Shown here: positions 10,501 through 19,880 of the stretch, one piece after another
Numbering within the stretch: the first letter of the stretch is position 1
Layout of the letters: each line of letters begins with the position of its first letter
Notes under the pieces: generated by a model
Database searches by the model: none
Told to the model about the DNA's origin: nothing
What the model saw: only the letters and a program-made list of their open reading frames with translations
Program-made: the position numbers and the translations under genes
Source of the DNA: an uncultured Desulfospira sp.
GTDB lineage: Bacteria > Desulfobacterota > Desulfobacteria > Desulfobacterales > Desulfobacteraceae
DNA: 64,000 bases
NCBI GenBank assembly: GCA_963663165.1
Contig: OY760175.1
Coordinates: forward strand, 4,288,001-4,352,000
Direction: 5' to 3'

Positions 10501-11245
10501 TTTCAAAGCGGATCACTTGGCTTGTTTCCGTTGAAAATGAGGCAGGTGTTTTAAAAAGAGCGGGGTACATCTGGTGGGCAATTTCCGGGATCAGGCTGTC
10601 CACCACCAGGTCGTCATTGCGATAGTCGGCCCATTGTTGGTCATCGGTGTACGTTTTAAACAGGTCTAAAAATTCATTGTAGCGATCCTCTTTTTTAAGC
10701 TTTCGCTCAAATGCAGCAACCTTTAAATTGCGAGAATAGCCGGCCCACTGAAGAACTTTATAATAAAGGACAGTGGAGACCTCTTCCATGGTGGAACCGG
10801 CCACCTGTTCACTGGCAAGATCAAGCATCAGGACGGCTGCAGGAAATCGTTTGGCAACCGTATTGAGTAATGCCCGGGTGGTTGATTTTTTCAGACGGTC
10901 CTGGAGATGCTGGATAAAAGGAATGCCGTCAATGGTTATATTCTCGTCAAAGGCCAGCCCCAGATATTTGGTAAAGGAACTTTTACCGGACCCGTAAAAA
11001 CCGGATACCCAGACACCGACTTCATTTTCTCCACCTGCTTCCATGGCGGCTTGCATTTTTCCAAGCAGCTTTTCAAACTGCTCTTCAATACTTTCCGTGA
11101 CCACGTATTCCGAAATTTCTGCTTTGAGACGCTCTTGCTGGGAAGCACCATAGGTGATTACTTTTTCAATGGTGCGGTAAATGTTTTTATTTGCATCGAA
11201 TAAATTTTTAATTTCCATAGCAGGTTCCTGTTTTTTTAGTATCAA
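7577..11245 (-). CDS. brxC: BREX P-loop ATPase BrxC
   Basis: 1222 aa; Walker A WVSGFYGSGKS, Walker B IIDEVGQY, YPFLP motif, coiled-coil C-terminus. Confidence 0.93.
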   Translation of the reverse strand: MILKKQEPAMEIKNLFDANKNIYRTIEKVITYGASQQERLKAEISEYVVTESIEEQFEKLLGKMQAAMEAGGENEVGVWVSGFYGSGKSSFTKYLGLAFDENITIDGIPFIQHLQDRLKKSTTRALLNTVAKRFPAAVLMLDLASEQVAGSTMEEVSTVLYYKVLQWAGYSRNLKVAAFERKLKKEDRYNEFLDLFKTYTDDQQWADYRNDDLVVDSLIPEIAHQMYPALFKTPASFSTETSQVIRFENDRVDEMLEIARQATGKEHIIFIIDEVGQYVGSRKNLILNLDGLAKNLKNIGNGKVWIIGTAQQTLTEDDPNASLNSSELYKLKDRFPIQIDLEANDIKEICYSRLLGKSPAGEKELGELFDKHGQMLRHNTKLVDARVYGADFDRKTFIDLYPFLPAHFDILLHLLGALAKSTGGIGLRSAIKVIQDILVEGADGHPPVADQPVGWIATTVTIYDTLEKDIRRAFPSYHQSVGKVVNNRFHDSVIHQNIAKTVCVLQILGNLPVLVENVTGLMHPEVSDTSSLEQVKAAIEDLIKDPIVPFGEQDGQLCFFSERLNDIEQERATIPLRPVELRRIQNEALKEIFSPLPSTQLAGSLSVQTGLKALASSGLPVSIAGDRNTIQTFIEIVEPNAYDTTKIRLTDESRHNSAKHHIFLVGKSTPEMEELINEIHRSREIVSKYRSEPDQEVKEYCNGQADRANRLMLDLERIIKRSLLQGSFIFKGELSAVESIHSELIEACRKHLSGVAEQVFDRYAEAPYRSGTDLAEKFLRLSNLTGVTTQTDPLGLVQTQGGRPSINTAHKAVTSIRDMIERQGAIEGKRLIEIFTGAPFGWSQDTLRYLVAAMLVAGEIKLKVAGREVTVKGQHAIDALKTNNSFKSVGISLRDERPSMEILAKAAKRLTELSGDMVVPLEDDISKATIKLFPQLQHAYGPLAEKLKSLDLPGSDKLLSLSQDIKDVLFTDASDAPQRLGGEDSQLYANLKWASELKQALDHGLEDTLKALQQHRREINALPDSGTPGVLKTELTDELGQLKERLETPDFFKHSTEYATTLTRLKARVRDAVIAMGDEQKNRIKEAEKDLNRIPEWKELTGQEQDYMLADLESLSTEVCEDVVGLRNLVSQEYTIQGKLQDCKNRVEKKGRERLQEKLKQEQDKAKKEGKKKISRSLQPKAKITDLNDLDELIQRLQQIRGELQYAHEFELTLNLEANKDI

Positions 11246-11817
11246 CCACCAACGTGAACAGATCTGTAATTGCCGTCCTCTGGATAGAACCCTAAAAATT
11301 TGAGCCGGGTGTCACCGGTTCGTGTTCCCGGATAAAAGAATATTGTCGGAATCGAGAATCTACCCTGGAGTTGGCTTTCAATGGCACCAATTCTCATATA
11401 TGGATGCAATGCTTCAATGTCGGTAACCAGCAGGATATTCCGGGGGTCTGATTCCAGGCCATCCAGCATAGTTTCCAGTTTTTTCTGCAACGCGCCGTTG
11501 GTCAGGGCGTTGGCCAGGGCTTTGTTGGTTTTATCCCACTGCAAAGGGGCCTTGGCGTCTGCTGCCAGCCAGATTTTACGCAAAGGTGCAGACTCAAGGA
11601 TCTTGTTAATTTCAACGGCCACGGAAAAGATGTTCACCTTCCATCCTTCATTTTTGAGCTTGGCCGTCCAGGCAGGCATTTGACGTTTAACGTCAAGGAT
11701 CTGCTTTGGGGCGAAAACCAGGTAGAATATGGGCTCGAAACTGGCATGGCCAAGCTCCCGCCCGGTTTTGATCCGTTTGATCAATTCATTAAAATCAGCT
11801 TTCAGTGATGACATCAA
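11242..11817 (-). CDS. brxB: BREX protein BrxB (DUF1788-like)
   Basis: 191 aa with EALHPYMR, FFYPG and C-terminal LGFYPEDGNYRS motifs; overlaps the brxC start. Confidence 0.85.
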   Translation of the reverse strand: MMSSLKADFNELIKRIKTGRELGHASFEPIFYLVFAPKQILDVKRQMPAWTAKLKNEGWKVNIFSVAVEINKILESAPLRKIWLAADAKAPLQWDKTNKALANALTNGALQKKLETMLDGLESDPRNILLVTDIEALHPYMRIGAIESQLQGRFSIPTIFFYPGTRTGDTRLKFLGFYPEDGNYRSVHVGG

Positions 11818-12589
11818 CGACCTCCTCCAAGCTGTTAAAGCGCCAGCTGATTCTTGTTACATCTGCGGCAGACTGAACAATCAACCAGTCTTTTTTTGAA
11901 ATTCGTTTCAGCTCTTCCCTGATATCACCTGGTGTCATTCCAAACAGCCGCCATATATCGTGCTTGATGATGCTGTTATCACCCATCTGTTGAAAATGAA
12001 GCCAGTATGAAAAAAAGAGCAGGGTGTATTCCTCAAGACGTATGGATTGGATTTGCCTGACAGGGGATCTTCTGGATGACAACAAGCCATAATCTGCACA
12101 GCATCCGATTAAATAGGATGAAACCCTGCGTATGGTTGATTCAGCCCATGGCTTCTGGGTTTTTCCTTCACTGACGGCCTGGCTGACAAAATCTTTGGCA
12201 TCATCGCTTGAAATGGTGTCCCGTCCTGCGGCATACCGGTTCCAGTAAACCTCGGTTATAAAGTTAAAAAGAATCTGATTGGCCAGGGCAGTAAAAACTA
12301 ATAAATGCTGGTTGAGGACATGTGCCGGCGCATTTTGGCTTATGGGTTTTAAAAATCTTGCTGTATCTGTTTTCAGGTATCGGGGTGAAAAACATTCGAC
12401 AATGATATTCCTTAAACGCCTGGCAGAAACCATGGGAAACCGCCCGGAGTCAAGTGCCGTGTCATAGAGCTGTGCCACTGTCATCCCGGGGTTGTAAATC
12501 GACAATAAAGATTTTGTCTCTTCAATAAGGCCCAAGCCGGCCTGAAGCTGTGTCGTATATTTTATTTTTGTACCACCGGTCATATGCAT
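11795..12589 (-). CDS. brxA: BREX protein BrxA (DUF1819-like)
   Basis: 264 aa beginning YTTQLQAGLG, with W(A)EST..RV motif; position upstream of brxB/brxC. Confidence 0.8.
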   Translation of the reverse strand: MHMTGGTKIKYTTQLQAGLGLIEETKSLLSIYNPGMTVAQLYDTALDSGRFPMVSARRLRNIIVECFSPRYLKTDTARFLKPISQNAPAHVLNQHLLVFTALANQILFNFITEVYWNRYAAGRDTISSDDAKDFVSQAVSEGKTQKPWAESTIRRVSSYLIGCCADYGLLSSRRSPVRQIQSIRLEEYTLLFFSYWLHFQQMGDNSIIKHDIWRLFGMTPGDIREELKRISKKDWLIVQSAADVTRISWRFNSLEEVVDVITES

Positions 12590-13086
12590 GTCATATATGG
12601 AAAAGTTTTGTAAATACCTTCAAAGGCAGAAATGTAGTGAGACCTGGATATTTGAATCAATGCATCCAGTTTATTATCCGAATATTGGCCTGCGGAAACT
12701 GGGCCATCTGATCTTTTAACAGCATCCGCTCCCAATTCTTTGAGTCTTTTAACGGCTGCATCCGTGCTTTTAAGAAAATCAGCCATTTTATCAAACACAC
12801 TATGTTCCTGTATACACTTAAAAAGTACCCGTTCAATGGCATCCGGAAGCCGGTAAAGATGATAGTGTTTACTTATTCCTATATGTTCGTCGTGCACGAT
12901 TGAAGCCGCCTGACAAACGCCGCTATATTGGGCGATATCAATGGAATTTGGATAAATTGGCCCAAGAAACACTCTGCTTGATGATGACAAAAAAGAGGAC
13001 TCCCACCAGGATGCCTGCTGTTTTTCACCTATAAATCCGACCAGTATCCTGGTTTCACATATACACTGCATTGAGTCCGGCTTCAT
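12580..13086 (-). CDS. brxE: BrxE family BREX protein
   Basis: 168 aa with LVGFIGEK..WW.S.F and HDEHIG..YHLYRLP motifs; first gene of the overlapping brxA-brxB-brxC-pglX run. Confidence 0.8.
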   Translation of the reverse strand: MKPDSMQCICETRILVGFIGEKQQASWWESSFLSSSSRVFLGPIYPNSIDIAQYSGVCQAASIVHDEHIGISKHYHLYRLPDAIERVLFKCIQEHSVFDKMADFLKSTDAAVKRLKELGADAVKRSDGPVSAGQYSDNKLDALIQISRSHYISAFEGIYKTFPYMTCI

Positions 13087-13728
13087 TAATCATCCCTTGT
13101 TAAATTTTTCCATACTTTAGATGACTCAAAAAAACACCTACCCCAAAGGGCTTCTCAGTTATCTAATCAACCAATTGGATTGGTTAAAATAATTCTTTTT
13201 TGAGAACAACAAAAAAAATAGGAAAGCTCGAAGTTCAGATTCCACTTGTTCCTATTTTTAAAGACTCCTGCATTCGAATACCGCTTAAGCAAAACAAAAT
13301 CAATAAATATAAAGGCAAATAACATGAATTTGAGATTGTCTTGACCTTTCAGATGTTGAACTTTATCAGACTAAATTTATTATGATGGTGAGGACTATTC
13401 ATTTAACAAGCTCCGATTTTTAACTTAATCCTACCCCGGACTTTTCCTGTACGTCCACACTTTTTAAATCCTCAAACCGGCGAGCAATGTTGCGTGTATC
13501 CCGGGATTTCCGATTTCTGTAAATTTAAATTTTTTAGCAGACCGCAATAAATGGCATTTAAGAACTCCAAAACCAATTCTGAAACGGCGTTGGCGTCTTT
13601 TGTTATTGGTTACATGGATCGAAAATCTGGAAGATCAAATTAAGGGACTGAGGAGAAAACCACTTGCTTTACCGTGAAGCTTCGGAATGAACGGCTTGGG
13701 GGATTAGAACAGGGCGGGGGCGGGGAGC

Positions 13729-13770
13729 AAACAAACCCCCCGGCGGCCTGCTGATGCCGGCAGCCGGGGG
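13729..13770 (-). terminator. Intrinsic terminator after pyc
   Basis: GC-rich stem CCCCCGGC...GCCGGGGG followed by a T-rich tract on the minus strand. Confidence 0.6.
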
Positions 13771-13793
13771 AAATGAAAGCACGGTGGTTTTTT

Positions 13794-16700
13794 TTATTTC
13801 AACGCTGCCCCGCATTTGGGACAGAAGCAAAAGTCCGGGTCCTTGACCGGGGCGCCGCAGGCCTTGCAGGCATCGCTTGCCGGGGCCAGCACCACCAGAA
13901 GCTCGCCTTCCTGGACCGGGACCATTTTTTTGTCATACTTGTAATCCGCCACCTTGAGGACCCGGGAAACCACGCCGTCCATGGGGGACAGCACGGCTTT
14001 TTCCTGCTTCATGATGGTGATGTTGAACAGTTCTTCTCCCTTTTTCACCACATCCCCGGGCTTGACGTACATGATCCACAGATCCCCCCGGCTCGGAGAG
14101 GCCACCTGGCAGGGATCGGCTTTGTCGGCCATCTCAATGACGGCGGCGCCGGTGCCGGTGGGCTCGGCCACCTTGACCGAATAGAAGAACAGTTCGCCGT
14201 TAAGGGTGTACCGCACATCGGCCATGCCCGAGGCATCGGGCCGTCCTACCTCCAGGATGGTCATGGCGTGCAGCTTGCCGGCCCCGTCCCGGAACTCCAG
14301 TTCCTGTCCGGTTTCAAGCCCTTCAAACCAGACATCCAGGGGCAGTTTGTTGGGATTGCCGAATTCTTCCCTGAAAATAATGGTTTTCAGGGCATCCCCG
14401 GGATGGTTCAGGTACATGACCACCTCGTCCGGGGTGGGCTGCCGGCTGATCTGGTCGGTGAGGCTTCTGGTTTCGGCTTCAATGTCTACGGCGGGCAGTC
14501 CGTCCAGGGGTGAGGCTGATGTTCTGGATGCAATGGCCTGCTGCCATTCCCCCCCAAAGGCGCTTTCATACACCCAGTCCGGCGGAAAGCCCAGGGGAAG
14601 GCGGCCAAATTTGCCCAGCAGCAGGTCTCTGAAGGCATCGTTGCTGTCCTGATAGAGCATGAGCCGTTCAGCTTTCAGGGAATCGCCGATATGGCCTTCA
14701 CTGTGGACCATGGCGTCAAGTACCCAGAGCAAATGGCGCACCTCATCTTCACCGCCCCTTTTAAAGGCGCTGGTCACGGCCAGGAACGCCGTGTTCCAGG
14801 TGATCTGGGAGCCCGGGGTCACGTCGTGGTACCGGACGATCTGCCGGGTGCCTTCCAGGAACTTGAGCATATAAGGAAGCAGTCTGATATACCCCTGCTT
14901 CATGGCCCCTTCCTGGGAGGACGAGGTGGCCCCGCCGGGCATGGCATGCCGGACCGCATCGTAGTCCACGCCCTGGAAATGGGGAGAGGTGTACCGGTCG
15001 TAATAGGGCATAATCTGCTTGAGGACAAAGTTGCAGGTCCTTATGGCATCCTTGTTTAAATTGGTTTTAAGGCCCAGTTCATTTTCAAAATAGGCGGCCG
15101 TGGACAAGACTTCGCCCTGGCCGTACCACCGGACCGCCGCCCCTAAGGCCGTGTCAATGATCTGGGCGCCGGCTTTGGCCGCTGCCCCCACGGACGGGAC
15201 AAAAAGCCCGTCCGTGCAGTGGCGGTGGTAATGAAGGACCATATCGGGATAGGCTTTGCGGATGCTTTTTACCAGTTTGGCGATAAACCGGGGCGGGCAG
15301 ACCCCGGCCATATCCTTCAGGCCCAGGATGAACTGTGCCGACGCCTTTTCAGGGGAGAGCCCTGTCACATCAGCCACCAGGGCCACGATCTCGTCCACCA
15401 CCCCAAGGTAATGGGGCACGTCAAACCCTTTGGCCCAGGAAAGGGACACGGCCGGTTCAAACACGTTGCCCTTTGCGTTCATTACTGTTTCGGCAAAGGG
15501 GCGCATGTTTTCAATGTGGTTGAGAAAGTCAAAGCAGCGCACAATATCGTGGTGTTCACAGATCATTTCGCTGGTCAGCCGCATGAGGTTTGGGGGCTGG
15601 GGCTTGTACCCTAAAAGGTTGGTGGAGCGCACCAGGATCTGCTTGGGGGTCAGGGGAGCGAACTGGTTCCAGACCCGGGCCTCGTTGAACGGGTAGGTCA
15701 TGTTGGCCATCATGGCCACATGGAAATGGGCACCGCCCCCGTTTTCAATGGAGAAAAACCCGCACTGGTCAAGGTAGGGGCCGATGAGCCGGTCTTCGGC
15801 CAGGCGGAACCGGTTGCCGGTGTTGGACTGGGTGGTGTCCCTGGGCGTGGTGTCGGAAAAATGGACATGGTCCGTATCCCGGATAAAATCCAGCAGGGCC
15901 TGGCGGTCGTTTCTGGGGTATGCGCCCTTGAGCGCCCCATGGGATATTTCCGGCAGGACCGGGTTGAACCGGCCCACCCGTTTGTCGCCGACCCCCCGGT
16001 ATTCGGACAGCTGGACATGGGGGTTGTAACCCAGGGCGGAGATCTCCGCCACCAGCCGGCTTAAGCGCAGGCCTTCAGGTTCGCTGTCCCGGTAAAGCAT
16101 CAGCTCCGGTGTGGTCTCCACAAACCGGGTGGAATATTCCCCGGACTGAAACACGGGATGGTCCACAATTTTCTGATGAAAAGGGATGGTGGTTTTCAAT
16201 CCGCCAATGATGTACTCTTTCAGTGCCCGGCCCAAAACCGCCAGGCTCTTTTCCCAGGATTCTCCAAAGGCAATCAACAGGGCTGCAGCCGAATCATAGT
16301 TGGAGGGGAAATCATACCCGCCGGCAATACAGGAGTCGATGCGGATGCCCGGGCCGCCCGGGGAGATATACCGGGAAATGGGGCCGGCATTGGGGGCAAA
16401 CCCGTGCCGGGGATCTTCACAGTTAAGGCGCACCTGGATGACATGGGCATCGGGTTTGGTGTTCTCCTCGGTAAACCTTAAGGTGGCGCCAAAGGCAATG
16501 GCAATCTGCTCTTCCACCAGGTCAATGCCGTACCGGCACTCGGTGATGCCGTGTTCCACCTGAAGTCTTGTGTTGACCTCGATCAGGTAGGGGTTGCCCT
16601 CCCGGTCCACTAAAAATTCCACCGTGGCCAGGGAATAATACCCCACTTCGGATACCAGTTTCCTGGCATAGTCTTTGAGCCGGTCCCGCAGTTCCTGGGT

Positions 16701-17483
16701 CATGCCCGGCCAGGGGGAGGGGGTGATCTCCACCAGTTTCTGGTGGTTTCTCTGGACCGTGCAGTCCCGCTCGTCAAAGGCAAACACGTTGCCGTACCGG
16801 TCGGCAATGACCTGAATCTCAATGTGGCGGACATCGGTGAGCAGCTTTTCCACATAGATCCTGGGATTGCCGAAAGAGGCCTGGGCCAGCACCGAGGCCT
16901 TGGAGAAGGCGGTTTCAAGATCGTCCATGTTATAAACTTCGTAAATGCCCCGGCCGCCGCCGCCGCCCTCGGCCTTGAGCATCACCGGCAGCCCGATTTC
17001 CTTTGCGATCTTCCGGGCTTCGGCCACCTCAACGGAGTCCGGGGAGCCCGGCACCACGGGAACCCCTATCTTGATGGCCAGTTCCCGGACCCGGACCTTG
17101 TTGCCCAGCAGCCGCATGGGTTCGGTGGGCGGCCCCACAAACAGGATACCGGCATCCTCGCATTTTTTGGGGAAGGACGCATCTTCCGAGGCAAAGCCCC
17201 AGCCCGGATGAATGGCGGCAATGCCGTGGGCCTTGGCCCGGTCTAAAATTTTATCGATGTTCAGGTAGGCCCTGGGGTTTTCCCCCAGGAAAATCAGCTC
17301 CTGGGCACCGGAGGTAAAGGGCGCGGTTTTATCCACGTCGGTCACGGTGAGCACCGGGATGCCCTGGAGAACCTCACGGATGGAGCGGACGATCCGGCGG
17401 GCGGGGATGCCCCGGTTGGCAACCAGAATTTTCTTGTTGCGGATCTCTTCTTTTACTTGGTCAAATGTTTTCATGTGTAACAT
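13794..17483 (-). CDS. pyc: Pyruvate carboxylase (BC-CT-BCCP) with C-terminal zinc ribbon
   Basis: ANRG, HPGWGFASE, GGGGRG, RLQVEH biotin-carboxylase motifs; RDTTQS and KDMAG carboxyltransferase motifs; IMKQ biotinylation site. Confidence 0.93.
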   Translation of the reverse strand: MLHMKTFDQVKEEIRNKKILVANRGIPARRIVRSIREVLQGIPVLTVTDVDKTAPFTSGAQELIFLGENPRAYLNIDKILDRAKAHGIAAIHPGWGFASEDASFPKKCEDAGILFVGPPTEPMRLLGNKVRVRELAIKIGVPVVPGSPDSVEVAEARKIAKEIGLPVMLKAEGGGGGRGIYEVYNMDDLETAFSKASVLAQASFGNPRIYVEKLLTDVRHIEIQVIADRYGNVFAFDERDCTVQRNHQKLVEITPSPWPGMTQELRDRLKDYARKLVSEVGYYSLATVEFLVDREGNPYLIEVNTRLQVEHGITECRYGIDLVEEQIAIAFGATLRFTEENTKPDAHVIQVRLNCEDPRHGFAPNAGPISRYISPGGPGIRIDSCIAGGYDFPSNYDSAAALLIAFGESWEKSLAVLGRALKEYIIGGLKTTIPFHQKIVDHPVFQSGEYSTRFVETTPELMLYRDSEPEGLRLSRLVAEISALGYNPHVQLSEYRGVGDKRVGRFNPVLPEISHGALKGAYPRNDRQALLDFIRDTDHVHFSDTTPRDTTQSNTGNRFRLAEDRLIGPYLDQCGFFSIENGGGAHFHVAMMANMTYPFNEARVWNQFAPLTPKQILVRSTNLLGYKPQPPNLMRLTSEMICEHHDIVRCFDFLNHIENMRPFAETVMNAKGNVFEPAVSLSWAKGFDVPHYLGVVDEIVALVADVTGLSPEKASAQFILGLKDMAGVCPPRFIAKLVKSIRKAYPDMVLHYHRHCTDGLFVPSVGAAAKAGAQIIDTALGAAVRWYGQGEVLSTAAYFENELGLKTNLNKDAIRTCNFVLKQIMPYYDRYTSPHFQGVDYDAVRHAMPGGATSSSQEGAMKQGYIRLLPYMLKFLEGTRQIVRYHDVTPGSQITWNTAFLAVTSAFKRGGEDEVRHLLWVLDAMVHSEGHIGDSLKAERLMLYQDSNDAFRDLLLGKFGRLPLGFPPDWVYESAFGGEWQQAIASRTSASPLDGLPAVDIEAETRSLTDQISRQPTPDEVVMYLNHPGDALKTIIFREEFGNPNKLPLDVWFEGLETGQELEFRDGAGKLHAMTILEVGRPDASGMADVRYTLNGELFFYSVKVAEPTGTGAAVIEMADKADPCQVASPSRGDLWIMYVKPGDVVKKGEELFNITIMKQEKAVLSPMDGVVSRVLKVADYKYDKKMVPVQEGELLVVLAPASDACKACGAPVKDPDFCFCPKCGAALK

Positions 17484-17549
17484 CTCTCCTGTATGAGCTG
17501 TTAGCTGTTAGCCGGGGGTTGGAAGCTTATAAAGGCTAACAACTGATGA

Positions 17550-18392
17550 CTATCCCCCGGTTCGGGGAAAAATTCGTCCGGACCGGATCTGTCTTTCACC
17601 ATGGGCACTGTCGGCCCTGAGGGTACCGTCCGGATCAAAGGCCCGTATGCGGACAATTTCGGATCGGCCCCGGGCGTTTTCCCAGACCACCCACTCCTCT
17701 TTAAAGGCCAGAAACCGGTTGAGCTCTTCGGCCAGGGTATGGGGATGTGCGGTTAAATTTATAAAACGATTCCGAATATCTGCCCAAAGGGTCTTCCACA
17801 GGGCCGGTGCGCTGATATCCGCACCGTATTCGGCCAGACAGGCGGCGGGTATAGACGCCCCGTCCGATTCCGGAAAGCCGGCCACGTTGACGCCCATGCC
17901 GGCCATGAATTGTCCCTGCCGTTCTTCCACCAGAATGCCGCCCACTTTCCGGCCGCCGGCCAGGACATCATTGGGCCATTTGACCTGTGCTGAAAGACCG
18001 GCGGCGGCCAGAACGTTGGCCAGAACAAGGGCCAGGGCCAACGGGAAAAGATGGTCTGAACCAGCCCCTGAAGGCAGGCGCAGCGTTGCATACAGGTTGC
18101 CCGGGCATGACTGCCACTCCCGCCCGGCCTGGCCCCGGCCCCGGGTCTGGGCCATGGCGGCAATCCAGGACATTTCGGGAAACCGGCCCCGGGCTGAAAG
18201 GTCCCAGGCCAGGTCCATGGTGGACGGGCATGAACGGGCCAGGTAAATTTCTGACGGAGGCGGCTTGGCATTAAACAGGTCCGCCCCGTTAAAGGAACAG
18301 CGTGTCCATCCGGTATCAGGACAAAAACATGCCTGCCACCGGGACAGCGCCTGGTTCTGTTCCATTTTTTTTAGTCGACCTTCCTGGGTCAC
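17550..18392 (-). CDS. birA: Biotin--protein ligase (no HTH)
   Basis: QTRGRGQAGREW.S, KWPNDV, KVGGILVE motifs; adjacent to pyc. Confidence 0.9.
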   Translation of the reverse strand: MTQEGRLKKMEQNQALSRWQACFCPDTGWTRCSFNGADLFNAKPPPSEIYLARSCPSTMDLAWDLSARGRFPEMSWIAAMAQTRGRGQAGREWQSCPGNLYATLRLPSGAGSDHLFPLALALVLANVLAAAGLSAQVKWPNDVLAGGRKVGGILVEERQGQFMAGMGVNVAGFPESDGASIPAACLAEYGADISAPALWKTLWADIRNRFINLTAHPHTLAEELNRFLAFKEEWVVWENARGRSEIVRIRAFDPDGTLRADSAHGERQIRSGRIFPRTGG

Positions 18393-18641
18393 TGGCCTTT
18401 TGGGGGAATTTTTATCCTGTTTTGCCCCGAAAGCCGTGACAATTAAAAACCTGCATATTACGCTTGATGATCAGGCCTGTCTATAAAAAAAATAAAGTCC
18501 TGTAAAAATGTAGCTATTCAGCTAATGCTGAAAACTAAGCAAAACCAGGGTCCGTAACGGTTCATCCCGGAACAGAAAATACAGATACCGTTGAATCAGA
18601 AATTAAAGGGCAAGAAAAATCATCGGTGAAGGGATTCAGGA

Positions 18642-19622
18642 TTACGGGGTGATATGTTCCAGAAAAACCAGGGACGCGTCCTTGGCCGGCAGCCAGAGGC
18701 GATGGCCGCGAACCATGATTTCAACACTGCCCGGCGATGGTCCCCCGTTAACAATCTGGACAACAACTCCCGGGTTCAGCCCCAGCTTTTTCAAACGCCG
18801 CCGGGAAAAATGCCCCCCGTTGATCCGGGCGATGCATCCTTGTTTTCCCGGTGAAAGCCCCGCCAGGGGAATGGCTTCTCAGGAAAAAGGCCGATGGTCC
18901 GGCAGGGACTTGGTCTCCTTGCCGGCCGCCGTCCCTGTGGCCGGCCTCACCCAGATTTTGGCAGCCATGCCCGCACACAGGACCAGCCGGTTGCAGTCAG
19001 AGGCAATCACCACCTGTCCGCCGACACTGCTGGAGATCATCTCAACAATAATGCCCACCCGAAGTCCCATGGAGGCGAACCGCATCTGCATTTTTCTGCC
19101 GGCGCTGACGCTGACAATTTCTACCTTTTCCCCGGTTCGGGCCTTGGACAGGGGAATCTGGTCATCCCGCAGGGCCATGCACTGGCCGCAAAGGCCGTAG
19201 ATTTCCATTTTGTGCTGGAGCATGAAAAAGCCGTATTCCCGGGACAGCTTTTCCTGAAGGCTCTCCAGGGCGTCATCCTGAAATTCAATAATCGCCCCGC
19301 ATTTGGTGCAGATCATGTGGTCATGGTGGACCCCTAAATGCCGGTGTTCATATAAAATGGTGTCCCCCTGGTCAAACACCACCTGGCTGGCAAATCCATA
19401 CCGGCACAGCAGATCCATGCACTCTTCAAGAAAGTCATTGTCGGTATCAAGGCCGTCCTGTTTGACCTGGGCCGCAATATGAGAAAGGCTGACATGATCT
19501 TCAAGCTTTAAGAAGGATTCAAGGACCTGAAACCGCTGTTCAAACCGGCCCAGCCTCTCGTTGCCGAAAAGGCGTCGGAATTGTTCTTTTCCTGCTGATG
19601 CCGTTCCGGCATATGGGGTCAT
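18642..19622 (-). CDS. Fur-family regulator fused to FeoA, with in-frame UGA (18879-18881) followed by a second FeoA domain
   Basis: Fur motifs HHDHMICTKCG and YGLCGQC; FeoA1 (IPLSKARTGE..RFASMGL); after the TGA the frame stays open for 78 codons (EAIPLAGLSPGKQGCIARINGG..RRRLKKLGLNPGVVVQIV..) to TAA at 18642-18644. Confidence 0.85.
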
Positions 19623-19742
19623 CCTCCTTTGGATTTAATACGGCCCTGGCCTTTGGCCTGTCTGTGCTGACCTACCAGATCGGCTCGCTGTTGTTCTAAG
19701 AGGGATTCAGGCTGAAGGGGGTTAGGGTTGCGCATCCCTTCA

Positions 19743-19770
19743 GTAGGGGCAATTCATGAATCGCCCCTAC
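19743..19770. repeat. GTAG-type REP palindrome
   Basis: GTAGGGGCAATTCATGAATCGCCCCTAC, a near-perfect palindrome starting with GTAG. Confidence 0.7.
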
Positions 19771-19880
19771 GGCCGCCCCGGAAACACTGCACAACCAGTT
19801 TCCATAGATCAATCATTGACTCAATCAATTAAAATGTTAAGATAATCCATCTCATTGAATTCCCTTTTTTAGGAGATGGA

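Noticed and set aside
13087..13720. BREX regulator (brxR/WYL), integrase or tRNA at the island border
   Set aside because: AT-rich DNA with only short frames; no recognisable gene or att repeat.
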